Assembly: GCF_006345805.1 (NCBI RefSeq)
Contig: NC_042998.1
Span: 132,928,001-132,992,000 of the forward strand
DNA from: Octopus sinensis
Taxonomy: Eukaryota
Length of the DNA stretch: 64,000 nucleotides
Direction: 5' to 3'
Translations under genes and position numbers: made by a program
Shown here: positions 13,431 through 26,562 of the stretch, piece by piece
How the letters are laid out: each line of letters begins with the position of its first letter
Position numbering within the stretch: position 1 is the first letter of the stretch
Notes under the pieces: generated by a model
Told to the model about the DNA's origin: nothing
Seen by the model: the letters and a program-made list of their open reading frames with translations, nothing else
Database searches by the model: none

Positions 13431-13840
13431 GGAGTGGCTGTGTGGTAAGTAGCTTCCTAACCAACCACATGGTTCCGGGTTCAGTCCCACTGCGTGGCAT
13501 CTTGGGCAAGTGTCTTCTGCTATAGCCCCGAGCCGACCAATGCCTTGTGAGTGGATTTGGTAGACGGAAACTGAAAGAAGCCTGTCGTATATATGTATAT
13601 ATATATTTATGTGTGTGTGTGTGTGTGTATGTTTGTGTGTCTGTGTTTGTCCCCTTAGCATTGCTTGACAACCGATGCTGGTGTGTTTACGTCCCCGTCA
13701 CTTAGCGGTTCGGCAAAAGAGACCGATAGAATAAGTACTGGGCTTACAAAGAATAAGTCCCGGGGTCGATTTGCTCGACTAAAGGCGGTGCTCCAGCATG
13801 GCCGCAGTCAAATGACTGAAACAAGTAAAAGAGAAAAGAG
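13431..13840 (+). mobile_element. SINE family A, near full length
   Basis: Same head, body, internal TA/TG tract and tail as 4956-5448. Confidence 0.92.
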
Positions 13841-14179
13841 ATATGAGCTGTGCAAGCTACTTTTTGGCAAGAGGAGTGAAATTCATAAAATAAACTAATG
13901 CATTAGATACAAGGTCACCCATCAACAATCCGGTTAGTTTATTTATTTATTTATTTACTTATTGCTTTCTCTGATTATTTTATCGAAATTAATGAATAGG
14001 TTTATGTAACGAAGTTGTAGAAGATGAAGACAATGAAAAAATATCCATTGAAAGGTTGAGTCGAAATCTTGTCATATTTGGTTTCATGTTTTTTTTTCAT
14101 TCGAGATTGATAAAATGACTTCCCCAGTTCTTCAAATGAATCATAACCTTCTCCACAATTTCTGGCCTTTTGTCATAGA

Positions 14180-14614
14180 ATTCTTCTTCTTCTTCTTCTT
14201 CTTCTTCTTCTTCTTCTTCTTCTTCTTCTTCTTCTTCTTCTTCTTCTTCTTCTTCTTCTTCTTCTTCTTCTTCTTCTTCTTCTTCTTCTTCTTCTTCTTC
14301 TTCTTCTTCTTCTTCTTCTTCTTCTTCTTTTTCTTCTTCTCATCCTCTTTTCCTTCACCTCCCTCTGCTCCTCCTCCTCCTCCTCATCATCATCATCATC
14401 ATCAAAACAACAAGTATAGCAACAGCAATAACAGTCACAACATCAACAACAACAACAACAACAGCAACAACAACAACAACAATAGCAACAATAATAGCAG
14501 CACTAATATTGAATTCAAACAGTTTACTTCTCATGCGAATTTTAGAATTCAACTCCATAATTTCTATATAATCTCGTATGTTATTCGTGCTTTGCCATAT
14601 CATTTTTATTAATA

Positions 14615-14681
<67 letters not shown>
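14180..14681. repeat. (TTC)n, (CCT)n, (CAT)n, (AAC)n and (TAT)n arrays
   Basis: Directly visible. Confidence 0.95.
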
Positions 14682-15159
14682 GAGAGAGAGCAGTGCATGC
14701 CACCAAAGTGACACTGGGGTACAAATACACGAAACCCACTATACCCATCATGACTACCCGTCTGATAAGGGTACACCAGGCTTATGCATCACAACTATAT
14801 GTGCGCGACATGGTGATCTCATATCAAGACAAACAGCGCATGATCTTGCAGGTGGGGCCCAGTTAGATTTTCTCCAGGTTGAGTAACCATCCCACTCAAA
14901 TGGTCCCTGTATAATTATCTAAACCCCAAAGAATCCCTCTCAACGCATGGCTATGATGCTCCCCAACTACTTCTGCTCGTGATCAGAGATGCACATATCG
15001 TCAGCCACTAAGGGACATGCTCAACTGGTTCAGGTCAAACAACTGACAAGCAAGTCTGTGGTATTGAGCAGAATCTTTATACCAAGACAGAACAATGTAC
15101 ACGATAACACTTCCAATCAGTTAAGATCAGAAGCCATGAAAGCGACTGCCTGGTACTGC
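14682..15159 (-). mobile_element. Unclassified retroposon (about 480 bp) embedded in (AAT)n on both sides
   Basis: Complex sequence without an ORF. On the minus strand it ends ...gcatgcactgctctctctc-(AAT)n and starts after aataat-gcagtacc. This looks like a LINE 3' fragment or SINE inserted into a TAA microsatellite. Confidence 0.6.
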
Positions 15160-15170
15160 ATTATTATAAT

Positions 15171-15291
<121 letters not shown>

Positions 15292-16074
15292 GTTGTTGTT
15301 GTTGTTGTTGTCATTATTATCATTATTACTGTAGTTTATTAAAGCAGGCAATGGAAGGGAATATAATTTAGAAAGAGAAACAAACTCTCAATTTGTTTTT
15401 TTTGGTTTTTGTTTTTCTAATGCAGACATTTTTAACATCACTCTTACATTTCATTTGCTAGTTATCACTCTTTGGCGAGCAGAAACAAAAGGTGTCAACT
15501 TCAGTGCGAAAATGAAAATATCGTAGATAGCCTTTGACTCGGTTGAAATGTGAGTGTCGTTCAAAGAAATACAAAGTTATAGACGATGACTCACTAGATA
15601 TACTTGATGTACCAGTGATGTCTAGAAGAGATTAGCACTGTTAGTGACAACAGAAGTAGCAGCTTTTACTGGTACTGTTTTATCGATTCCGGAAGCATGA
15701 AATAGCTTCAGTTGACATTAGAGTGTTTGATTTTCGAACACAAAGTCACAAAACTAAATGATATTTCCAATTTAATTCAACTATCTTTTCTGTTTCTTTC
15801 CGCCTACAAGCTGAATGGAATATCGTAATATTAAATGGCGGTCCTAAGATGATATTAACCACTTAAAGTATGAAAATAAACCGCTCTAAGGGCGACATTA
15901 TATTATAAGTATTCACTACAACACAAACAGCAACAGACAAGTCCTAGTGATTAAGAAGTTTACTTTGCGATCCTGAATCCTAGCATTCGATTCTTCTGCT
16001 TGATATCTTCGATAAGTAACTTTTATTATATTTTGGAGTCTATACAACCTTTATGAGTGAACGCAAACGGGCAA

Positions 16075-16335
16075 AACTGTGGGGAAATCCGGGCTGGGTT
16101 GTTTATGGAAGACCAGCAGTCGCCCATGCATACCAGCCTCCCTTTTCCATGCCAATGATGTTATCCAAGGGAAAGGAAAAGTCCGATACAACTTGGTACC
16201 TGTAACTTTGTCACTCATTTCTACAGCTGAGTGAACATGAAATAAAGAACACAACACACAGGCCGGTCCGGGAATCGAACTCACTACCACGTGATTGTGA
16301 GCCCGACGCTCTAACAACACTGAGCCATGCACCTC
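16075..16335 (-). mobile_element. tRNA-derived SINE family C
   Basis: Reverse complement of the 59238-59571 type: head aggtgcatggctcagtg..., body gctggtatgcatgggcgactgctggtcttccataaac. Confidence 0.85.
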
Positions 16336-17565
16336 AACAGCGAAAACAGCGAGGTGGTTGAAGATTTGTTTAAAAAGGACTGAGTAACGTATTTAATGCT
16401 GAAAAATGTCAAATACAATAAGGGTTGACGAAAAGGACCAAACATAGGTGCATCGAGAGAACTTACAGGGAAGGGATGCACATATTGTGAGGCTAGAGCG
16501 GTAAAGAGTGGGTGAAAAGCGAAGGAGAATGCCCGTAGAACCCTCGTTCAGAAGTGTGCTCAGTGAATTCTTCGTGTTGTCTATAGTGTTTCTGTATGTA
16601 GGAACCGTGCAACTGGGAGTAAAGATTTTCATACCTCAGTATTATGTGACTAACTTTTAAAACTGTTTGGAAAAAACTTAGAATAAATCTTTTAAGCTAT
16701 GGCAGTGGTAACATCTCAGAATACTGAATGTTTTTTCTTTTTTTTTTTTTTAATGCGGGTAACTTCTTAAAGAGTAGACGAACCAAAAGGAAGTAGGAAC
16801 AAAGGAGAGTTGAATTGTTGATGTTGATGTGCATGTGGATGTGGGGGTGGGTAGAGGAATTTGGAAGTTCTGCAAACTTTTAGCAAAAAATATAAATATA
16901 AAGAAGAATTATCATTATCGTTTACTTGAGCTTTAAAAGAGGTCTAATGAAAAGGATATTGGTGTTCAAAAGTGGCTTTGGTAAAACTAAAACAATATTT
17001 GTATTTGAAAAGGCAACAAAAGAGGAAAATCAAACGTGCAAACGTTTAAGTTTTGCTAATGTGAAAGCAAATTTTAAGTTTGTAGTATTTCAGTTTGAAG
17101 AGACAAGCTACGTCACTAGATATTTACTAGGGACTCAAGAATGCTGTTTATTTACTCTGGGAAATGGAAAGAGTGACTTGAAAAAGTGTCTTCCAATTTA
17201 TAGTCTGTTTATTGCCTTTTATATTTTTGTTGTTGAATAGTCTGTGTCAGCCCTGATCGAAAAGAGCTATGGCATGTAAGTGGCTGGTCAAATGTTTGGG
17301 TTTGGTACACATTTTTAGAACTCTGGCTATTCCATTCTTCTCTCTGCTTGAGAACCACTCTGTGCGCAGGCACAGATAACGAGAATATGCATCTGTCTGA
17401 GAAACTTAGCATGTTGCGTTTCCTGGCCTCTCCGGACAAATCTTATGTTCCTTGGAAGTTGTCGTTTTCTTTCTTTAACGCTCAGTTATAGTGGTGTGCA
17501 AGCTACCCTACAGAAAGTTAAGGACTGAAGTCTGTTGTATTTATTTTTATTATTATACAAAGATT

Positions 17566-17967
17566 GAAGGTGGCAAGCTAGCAGAATCGTTAGCACGACG
17601 GGCAAAATGCTAAGCGGTATTTCGTCTGCCGTTACGTTCTGAGTTCAAATTCCGCCGAGGTCGACTTTGCCTTTCATCCTTTCGGGACTGATTAAATAAG
17701 TATCAGTTACACACTGGGGTCGATATAATTGACTTAATCCGTTTGTCTGTCCTCGTTTGTCCTCTCTATGTTTAGCTCTTTGTGGGTAGTAAAGAAATAG
17801 GTATTTCTTCCGTCTTCACGATCTGAGTTCAAATTCCGACGAAATCGACTTTACCCTTCATCTTTTCTGGGTCGATAAAATAAGTACCAGTTGAACACTG
17901 TGGTCGATGTAATCGATTAAGTTCCCTCCTCCTGAATTGCTAGTCTTGTGCTAAAATTTGAAATCAA
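17566..17967 (+). mobile_element. Dimeric SINE B (B1 monomer plus headless B2 monomer)
   Basis: Junction taaagaaata|ggtatttc at about 17800. A 15-bp TSD tattatacaaagatt at 17551-17565 and 17968-17982 encloses both monomers. Confidence 0.88.
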
Positions 17968-18909
17968 TATTATACAAAGATTAATTGATTCAATTGTTTT
18001 CTCAACTTCTCTAGATGCAGAAAATCTATAGTCTGTTGCCCGAGGCTTGACTTTGCTTTCTTTAATTCAGATTACACTTGTCCTTTACAAATATGTTACT
18101 TGAGCCTATCTTATAAATCACTGTTATCATCATCAGTGGTGGATGGTAGAATGAGTCGCACAAAATGACTAATAGTTACATTCTGAGTGAGTTCAGTTCT
18201 TGCCGAGGTTGACGTTGCATTTGATCCTACCAGATACGATTACATAAACATCAGCCAAGTACTAGAATGGATGGATATGACTGACGCTACCTCTAACTTT
18301 ACCTCCTAAATCTATGGTCTGGTTAGGATTTAGTATTACCCTTATTCGTAGTATTGGTATTAGTAATAAGACGGTGAGAGAGAGCGCCGGAAAGCATATT
18401 TGTCTGTTTACGTTTAGGGGTCAATAGAGATGAATATGAGCGACGGGTTCTTGAGGATGCTACAAACATCGATGAGGATATACTTTCAAGAAGACTTTCA
18501 TGTTGAACATTATAATTTCAAAAGGGGTGGGGTGTTTGAAATAAGCTCTAAAGCCACTGTCATTTCGTCAGTCGGATCTGTCCTAGAGGCAAGTCATCCT
18601 TCGGTAATTTTCCCCAGTAATTCTTTTAACTTATTAAACTACTCGGAGTTCATTAATGAAAGGCTGATATGTCTCTAGTCATTCTAACACTATATTTTGC
18701 TGACAAGGTGTAATAATGCCGAAAAATATTCACTGAGGAGTTTCGCCATCACATATGCATGCATACATGTATGTATGTATTTATAGTGCGTATTTTTGAT
18801 TATATCTTTGGCACTTTAATGATTTTATTCATCCCCAAATGTTTATCTTGCCTGGTGTATTTAAAGGTTTTGTGTTACTGCATCCCTTGTGGCAAATAAG
18901 GAAATAAAA

Positions 18910-18954
18910 GCAATGATGATGATGATAATAACAATAATAATAATAATAATAATG

Positions 18955-18987
<33 letters not shown>

Positions 18988-19054
18988 TTAATAATAATAA
19001 TAATGATAATGATGATGATGATGATGATGATGATAATACTACTACTACTACTAC

Positions 19055-19096
<42 letters not shown>

Positions 19097-19119
19097 CAAC
19101 AACAACAATAATAATAATC

Positions 19120-19170
<51 letters not shown>

Positions 19171-19225
19171 TCATCACCATTAGCGTCTGCATCCATCACC
19201 ATCACCATCACCTTCATCACCTTCA
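18910..19225. repeat. (AAT)n/(GAT)n/(ACT)n/(CAT)n compound microsatellite
   Basis: Directly visible. Confidence 0.95.
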
Positions 19226-20629
19226 TAACACTCTACAGGAATATTTTATATCAATATTTATTTTTATTTGATCATATTTTATAATCGGGTCATTTCGGCG
19301 CCTGAGGTCTATTTATTTTAGGTAAAAAAAAAAAAATAAATAAATAAAAATAAAAAAATATTGAAACCAAGAGACACCGAGAGACTAACGACACACCCAG
19401 AAACTGTATCCGCGTCAACCTTGTGTATTTTCAGTTTCTTTTACATGGCTGCCTCCATCCTCCCTCACATTAACCCAATCTCAATAACCACCTTGTTTCT
19501 CGGTACCATCATTTCCTTCCCAGCATCTACTTCTCTGCTTCCTCACACCATTACAGTTCTCATAACCTCCGCTTCCTTGTTTTTTTTTTCTTTCTCCAGT
19601 TTATCTCTGACAGCCTCTTTTTAATTTCCCACTTTTAGGCGCTAACAATCCTTCATATAGCAATACTCACGTCCTCTTATACTTCTTCTCTCTCTCTTTA
19701 TCTCTCTATCTCTATCTCTATCTCTATCTTCCCCCACTCACTCACTCACTCACTCTCTGTGCTTCTTCCTATCTGACATTCCTCTTCTTCCTTGTTTCCT
19801 CATGCTATTTCTCTCACGCCTTCCCCTTAATTTAAATAATAAACCACTGAGAAACGCCACCCACATGAAAAAACAGTATTTAAATTAGTGTTGACATATT
19901 TAATGTAATGGGCATCAAATATCTAATTAATAATTATGTGGTGAGGAAAAGACAACATTAGCTCAATGATTAATATTATTCTAATTACCATGGTAAGTAC
20001 GGGAGACAATTCCAGATCTGTTTTGGTTTTCCGTTATTATTTCCACGAATCTTCACAATAATCTATATTATAGTAATCACTTTCCTATATATCTCCCTAT
20101 CTTTCCTATCTGGCTTCATCGCTCTCAAGAGTTACTTTCACGCTATGCTTTGGTTTACTCAACCGCTACCTCATTGTTTTTTTTCCATGCTAACCACATC
20201 TGCTCTCTATTTCAATGACGATCGTTTGTAAGAAATAACGTTGGTGCGAGTAAAAACGATTAGCCAGGCTAGTAGTTAACACACGATTTCGCGCTCAACG
20301 TGCAAAAAAACTCACAGGCCTTCGTCAGTCATCATTATCACCATCATCAATACCATCACCTCCGCCGCCGCCACCACCACCACCACCATCCTCCCCCACC
20401 ACCAACAACAGCATCACTATCTTTTTAGATTTCATTATTTTTCGCTTTGTTTTTTTGGGGGGTCTTTTTCCTTTCTTTGTTTTGGCATAATATACATTAC
20501 ATTTACCTTTATTGTTAACGCGTGTTTGAGTAAATGGAATGGGTTGACCTGTTGGAATGGATGAAACAGTAAAATATCTCGCAACATCCAAATAAAAACT
20601 TGCTACGTTAAACTATGCCATTCATTTGT

Positions 20630-20860
20630 AAGGGTGGTATATTCTCAGATTCGTTAGCACCTCGGACAAACTACCTTGTAGTATTTTTGTCAGTTCCTTA
20701 CGTTTTCAGTTCAAATCCAAAACGTGATCAATTTTGCAATTTTGCCCTTCCTCCTTTGAAGGTTGATAAAATAAACGCCAGCCAAGTACTGCGGTCGATA
20801 TAATCGAGTAACATTTTCACCCCAAAACTGCAGGTTTTATGCCTAAATTAGATGCATGTT
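20630..20860 (+). mobile_element. Old, diverged SINE B2 copy
   Basis: Degenerate gttagcac...ttcagttcaaatcc...ggttgataaaataa...gcggtcgatataatcga. Confidence 0.6.
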
Positions 20861-20910
20861 GCTTTTGCTTATTCAGTTTAACGATCGAAGTTACAGAAAT
20901 TCTACCATGA

Positions 20911-21132
20911 TTGAAGGCGGCGAGCTGGCAGAATCGTTAGCACGCCGGGCGAAATGCTTTGCCGTTACGTTGTGAGTTTAAATTCCGCCGAGGTCGACTT
21001 TGTCTTTCATCCTGTCGGGGTCGATAAATTAAGTACCAGTTAAGCACTGGGTTCGATGTAATCGACTTAATCCGTTTGTCTGTCCTTGTTTGTCCCCTCT
21101 ATGTTTAGGCCCTTGTGGGCAATAAAGAAATA
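20911..21132 (+). mobile_element. SINE B1 monomer, young
   Basis: Head aaggcggcgagctggcagaatcgttagcac, tail taaagaaata, and a 16-bp TSD agaaattctaccatga at 20895-20910 and 21133-21148. Confidence 0.92.
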
Positions 21133-21479
21133 AGAAATTCTACCATGAGTTCAGGGATATGTCTAGGGCTATGTTATTCAATAATGCGCCAGTTCTTTAA
21201 GACAGCAGGATATGATTTAAAGGAAATTGACCGCTACAGAGAAAGGTGCCATTACATATAGAACTTATCTATCTAAATATATGTGAGAAGACTTGGCTGT
21301 GTGTAGTTTATTTTACTTTGCAATCATATAATTCTGGATTAAATACAATTGTGAGTTTCTTGGTTGAGTGATCTTTTAGTAGTTTAGAATCAACCGCAAG
21401 TATTTAGCGAGCTAACAAGCGAACCACTACCTAGATAACATGAACTGCAAGAAATAACTGCACAATTTCCTTCAATTTG

Positions 21480-21665
21480 CACAAGCTGGCAGAATCGCTA
21501 GCACGCCTGAAAAAAGTAGTTGACGGAATTTTATCCGTCTTTATGTTCTGAGTTCAAATCCGTCGACGTCGGCTTTACCTTCCATCCTTCGAAGTTAATG
21601 AAATAAGTACCAGTCAAATACTGGATCGGGGTAATCTACTATCCTCATCCCACCAAATTCCAGGA
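21480..21665 (+). mobile_element. Diverged SINE B2 copy
   Basis: agctggcagaatcgctagcacg...ttctgagttcaaatcc...aaataagtaccagtc. Confidence 0.7.
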
Positions 21666-23545
21666 TCATCATCGTCGTCGTCATCATCATCATCATCATC
21701 GTCATCACTGTCACCATCATTTACGGATATAGAAAATTGTCTGAGTTTTCGTTTCAATAGAACCGAAATTTTTGTCACATTTAGTGAATGAAAATTTCGT
21801 TTTATGGATTATTTTCGAGTAGAGGAAATGTGACGAAGTTTAGAATTTACCATAGTACAAAAAGGGGCATATTTTGAGACCTCATTTTATTTTCGTTTGA
21901 TTAAAATTTTTTTCAATATGGTTACTAGGACAGTCGTATATTCCCCTAAAGATACGGATGAAGACTAACACGTGTTTACGGAGAATTAAACAGAAAAAAT
22001 ATATAAGTTTAATTACGCAGCAGAAGATAAACATTTCACAAGAAGAAAAAAGTAATGAATTTTTCACAGAAAACACTAATTATAAGTCGAACATTCATAG
22101 TGATAACGAACAACAACGAAAACAACAAGCACACACACACTCACACACACACACACACACTCACGCATACGCGCGCGCGCACACACATACACATACAATG
22201 CACGCACGCATACACGCACACACACTCTCACGAGCACTCTGAATTATGAAGGAAACAAGAAAAAATAACATTTTCTCATTTGCTAGCATTGCCAATAACA
22301 AGCATATTTTCAATACAAATAGAAGAAATCTGACAGTTTTCGGTAACTAAAATACTTATACAGTCGGAATTTTTTTGCATTTAAGAACTAAGTACCGGTG
22401 AAGGGAGAAGTTGCATGTCTATGCATATCTATCACAAAAATTGAACTGGGTTACCTCTTGCCCCAGAACAGCAATAAGATATAGCCCTGGCCGATATCTA
22501 GTGCAATATTTTCTCTACAAATGAGGGAAGCGTTAAGATGTTGAGAATGACGTTGACCTAAGTAGGTCAGTGCGGACAAATGATTGTGTGGGGTCTCCAT
22601 GAGAATACATGTCCTAATGACTTCATCCCTCAAGATCGCAGAAGCATACCAAAGTATTACTTTGTTGAGAATGCAAAAGTAAAAGCCGTAAGAGAGGTAG
22701 CACAATGCAGAAGACCTAATTGCTACATGTGTGATAGTAAAATCTATCTGTGGGGTTTCTGCTAGGAAGAACTAAAGAGGCGGAGAAAAAGAGCGGAGCT
22801 GAGCCAATATCAATAACATCAGCTCTCGAAAGTCGTATTTCAATGGGATGTAAGTAGAAGTCGAGAGGGTCGGAAAACCATCGGAGCCAGTTAAAAAAAA
22901 CAAAAAAAAAACAAGAGCAAAAACAATGAGTCAAAATCAAAATGTGTGTAAAATGCATGGAAAGGGCCCCACACCACAGGATGATGTGAAATTTACACTC
23001 ACGCTAATAAGTAACGCGCCCCTAGCATCAATCTGGTCGTTCTGAAGTGTAACTAAGTTGATGGTATGATATTTGAGGAGGAGGAATTAAGCCTTGATTT
23101 AAAAGATATAAAAGCGAGGTGCTGTTGAAGAATATATCAATGATCTATCACTCGAAGAAAGCTTAGCCAAAATACAATGGATGGATTTTCTCCTATCCAA
23201 CCAAGAAATTTCTCATGTGAATCTTGGAGTGTTCCAGATCCCGATATGACGAGTGGCTGGGGTGGGTTGACATTGAAGTTGTGGGGTGCTTTAATTCAAA
23301 GTAGATGGTGGATTCTTACCTAAGCGTGAATGTTTTATTTTCTTAAATTGAATATTTTCTTTTATATATTCATCTGACTTTCTGTAGCTGTAACAGCATT
23401 TAACGTTTTAATATATTGTATAACAACTTTCCCTCTCTCCCCAGTTTTATATAATTTAACTTTTGAGTATCCGGAGCGTTTTGTAAATCCGATGTTTTAT
23501 GCTATTAATATATGTGTGGTCCTGTTGGCAGTAACAAAGGAACTT

Positions 23546-24680
23546 TTGTTGTTGTTGTTGTTTTTGTTATTATTCTGAAAGACTCCTGGATAGTCCTTAA
23601 TTACCGGTTGTTCTTTACTTGAAAGCAGGCAATAACAAATTACCAAAGGTTTCAAGTAGTGCTTCTCCTGTGACTCAAAGAGACAATACTCTCCTTAGAA
23701 TGCGAGCTGTACACAACAATGCAGTCCTCTGGATTACTTCGAGCCGTGCAATAGCTCCAATATTCTTAATATGTTTTTCAAAGCTCTTGGAAACTGCTCC
23801 GCATGCTCCAATTACCACCGGTATCACCATTACTTTCCTTATGCCCATAACTTTCTTATCTCGTCCCGTAGTGGCTTGTATTTCTCATTCTATTCTGTTT
23901 CCTTACATTTCACCCTCGAATTGCCTGGTATTGCAACATCTCTTATTTTTGCTTCTTTTTCATCTTTATGGATGATCACGATATCTGGCCGTCTCGCCTC
24001 TATGACTTGGTCCCATTGTATGTTAAAATCCCAGAGTATTTTGTAATGTTCCTTTTCCATTACTCCCTCTTGTATTTCTCATTCTATTCTGTTTCCTTAC
24101 ATTTCACCCTCGAATTGCCTGGTATTGCAACATCTCTTATCTTTGCTTCTTTTTCATCTTTATGGATGATCACGATATCTGGCCATCTCGCCTCTATGAC
24201 TTGGTCCCATTGTATGTTAAAATCCCAGAGTATTTTGTAATGTTCCTTTTCCATTACTCCCTCTGGTTAGTGTTCATACCATTGTTCGACTCTCTCGAGG
24301 TTTGCTTTACCCCACAACAACCAGTGGACATATCTGGCCACTTTGTCGTGTCTCCTTTTGTATTCGCGTTGTGCGAGCTTACAGCACTCATTAACAATAT
24401 GGCTTATACTTTCTCCCTTCTCCGAGCACATGCTACACAGTGGTGAGTCAGTGATTTCCTCAAAGTGGTATTTAGAGTAGTTTGTTCTGAGATCTTGTTC
24501 TTAAGCGCTGCACACTAATGCTTCATTGCGCCCTTTTAAGTTTCCTTTCTGCTGCCATTGCCAGGTTCTATTCCAATCGATCTCATCTTTATTCTTCAAG
24601 AACTGACTGTGCATTTTCTTGTCTTGCCAAAGTTTCTTCATCTGTTCTCCCTGGCCTTTCATAAATCGAGTTAGATCTAA
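23546..24680 (-). pseudogene. R4/Dong-like (restriction-like endonuclease) non-LTR retrotransposon 3' part
   Basis: Minus translation gives W.DKKMHSQF; a CCHC knuckle CSMCSEKGESISHIVNEC..LAQREYKRRHDKV; ILWDFNIQWDQVIEARRPDIVII...DVAIP (RLE PD..D); and VIPVVIGACG...RILRRVLSL*. An (AAT/AAC)n tail follows. Confidence 0.88.
23875..24262. repeat. 194-bp tandem duplication inside the R4-like element
   Basis: 23875-24068 and 24069-24262 are near-identical; I found two differences (ccgtct/ccatct, tatttt/tatctt). Confidence 0.92.
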
Positions 24681-25253
24681 GTGTATGCATGTCTGTGTGT
24701 ATACATGCATGAGTTTGTGTACATGTCTGTACATGTATGAGTGAGAACAGATGAAATGAAACAGAGATATAGGAAAGATGTGTTGGGTTACGCATTTATC
24801 AGTTGTGACGCATTTATCTGTTCAATTCATTAGAGTAATTTATGAATATAATTACTTCTCTGTGAAATTCTTAACAACATGGAACTACTAAGAACACAGA
24901 AGCAGCTGCAATAAGAGAATTAACCATAACAAGAAGAAATTCGAGGTAATAAAAGAACTTCTGTATGATCACTCGCTTGGTCGATCTCCAAATCGCAACG
25001 ACACCAATCAGTTTTGAAGAAAAAAAAATTTAAAAAAACAAGAATAAAGTAAAAGCATGGTAACATTGGATATATGTTTCTAAATAAGGTCACATCAAAA
25101 CTGACCCGGAGCTAAACGCTAGACAAGGGTAACAACAATAGCAACATAATTAAATTATCTTACACGGCGCCGATTGATCTATGGTATTTTGCTTTCACCG
25201 GAATTTCTTAACGACAACAACAAAAACAACAGCAACTACTACTACTACTACTA

Positions 25254-25308
<55 letters not shown>

Positions 25309-25890
25309 GCCACGAGTGCAGCAAGACCATACAGAAGCAGAAACGACAACTTACTAGAGTAGCAAGAAAATGAGAATATGTCGGAAATTATAATTATGGT
25401 AACTCCATAAGGTCAGAAATCTTACATTTGCTGCTTTGACAAAGTTCTCTTTGTTAATTTATTTACTAGAAAATTCTGATACAATGTCAACGACGGTGAC
25501 GACAACAACACTACCAACAAAAGCAGCGACAGCAATCGATAACAAGCAAGCATTAATATAAGAATTAGCAACTTGAAGTCATACATTAGATGAAGTAGTC
25601 TTGTAGAGAGAAGTGCGCCGAGAACACAGTGTGTCGAGTTAAGGGTTTCAGGAAAACGTGCTCAACAAGGATACAGTGGTTACTTCAATGGAAGAACGAG
25701 AAACACTGGTTGAGAGATATATAGAGTGGAGGGAGGAATAGTGAGACTGATAGAAACAGAAAGGAGATTAAGAAAATGGTGGAAGACAGATAGGAAGGAC
25801 GGGTATCAATGTATTTACATATGTGTGTATGTATGTATGTATGCATGTATGTATGAATGAATGTGCACATATATATATATGTATATATAT

Positions 25891-26276
25891 GGAATGGAAG
25901 CACTCCGTCGGTTACGACGACGAGGGTTCCGGTTGATCCGAATCAACGGAACAGCCTGCTCGTGAAATTAACGTGTAAGTGGCTGAGCACTCCACAGACA
26001 CGTATACCCTTAACGTAGTTCTCGGGGATATTCAGCGTGACACAGAGAGTGACAAAGCCGGCCCTTTGAAATACAGGTACAACAGAAACAGGAAGTAAGA
26101 GTGAGAGAAAGTTGTGGTGAAAGAGTACAGCAGGGATCACCACCATCCCTGCGAGGCGCTCGTGAGCTTAGGTGTTTCGCTAATAAACAATCACAACGCC
26201 CGGTCTGGAATCGAAACGCGATCCTATGATCGCGAGTTCGCGTCGCTGCCTAACCACTGGGCCATTGCGCCTCCAC
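25891..26276 (-). mobile_element. tRNA-derived SINE family F with (CCATT)n-like tail
   Basis: Minus head gtggaggcgcaatggcccagtggttagg...cgtttcgattcc. It shares the head and the ctctttcaccacaac..ctctcactct module with family E but has a different 3' body. A second isolated head lies at 26412-26484. Confidence 0.8.
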
Positions 26277-26278
26277 TG

Positions 26279-26312
<34 letters not shown>

Positions 26313-26486
26313 ATAATTATATATATATATATATATATATATACATACATACATACATACACACTCATACACATACATGCACGGCGCACCACACATACAT
26401 CCATACATAATCCGGTCTGGGAATCGAAACCGCGATCTATGATCGCGAGTCCGCTGCCCTAACACTGGGGCCATGCGCCTCCACTG

Positions 26487-26528
<42 letters not shown>

Positions 26529-26562
26529 ATATATATACCAAAGAATACATCCACACACTAAT

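Noticed and set aside
22580-22765. ORF with CRRPNCYMCD resembling the PLE Cys linker
   Set aside because: There are no convincing GIY-YIG or RT motifs nearby; the evidence is too thin to annotate.
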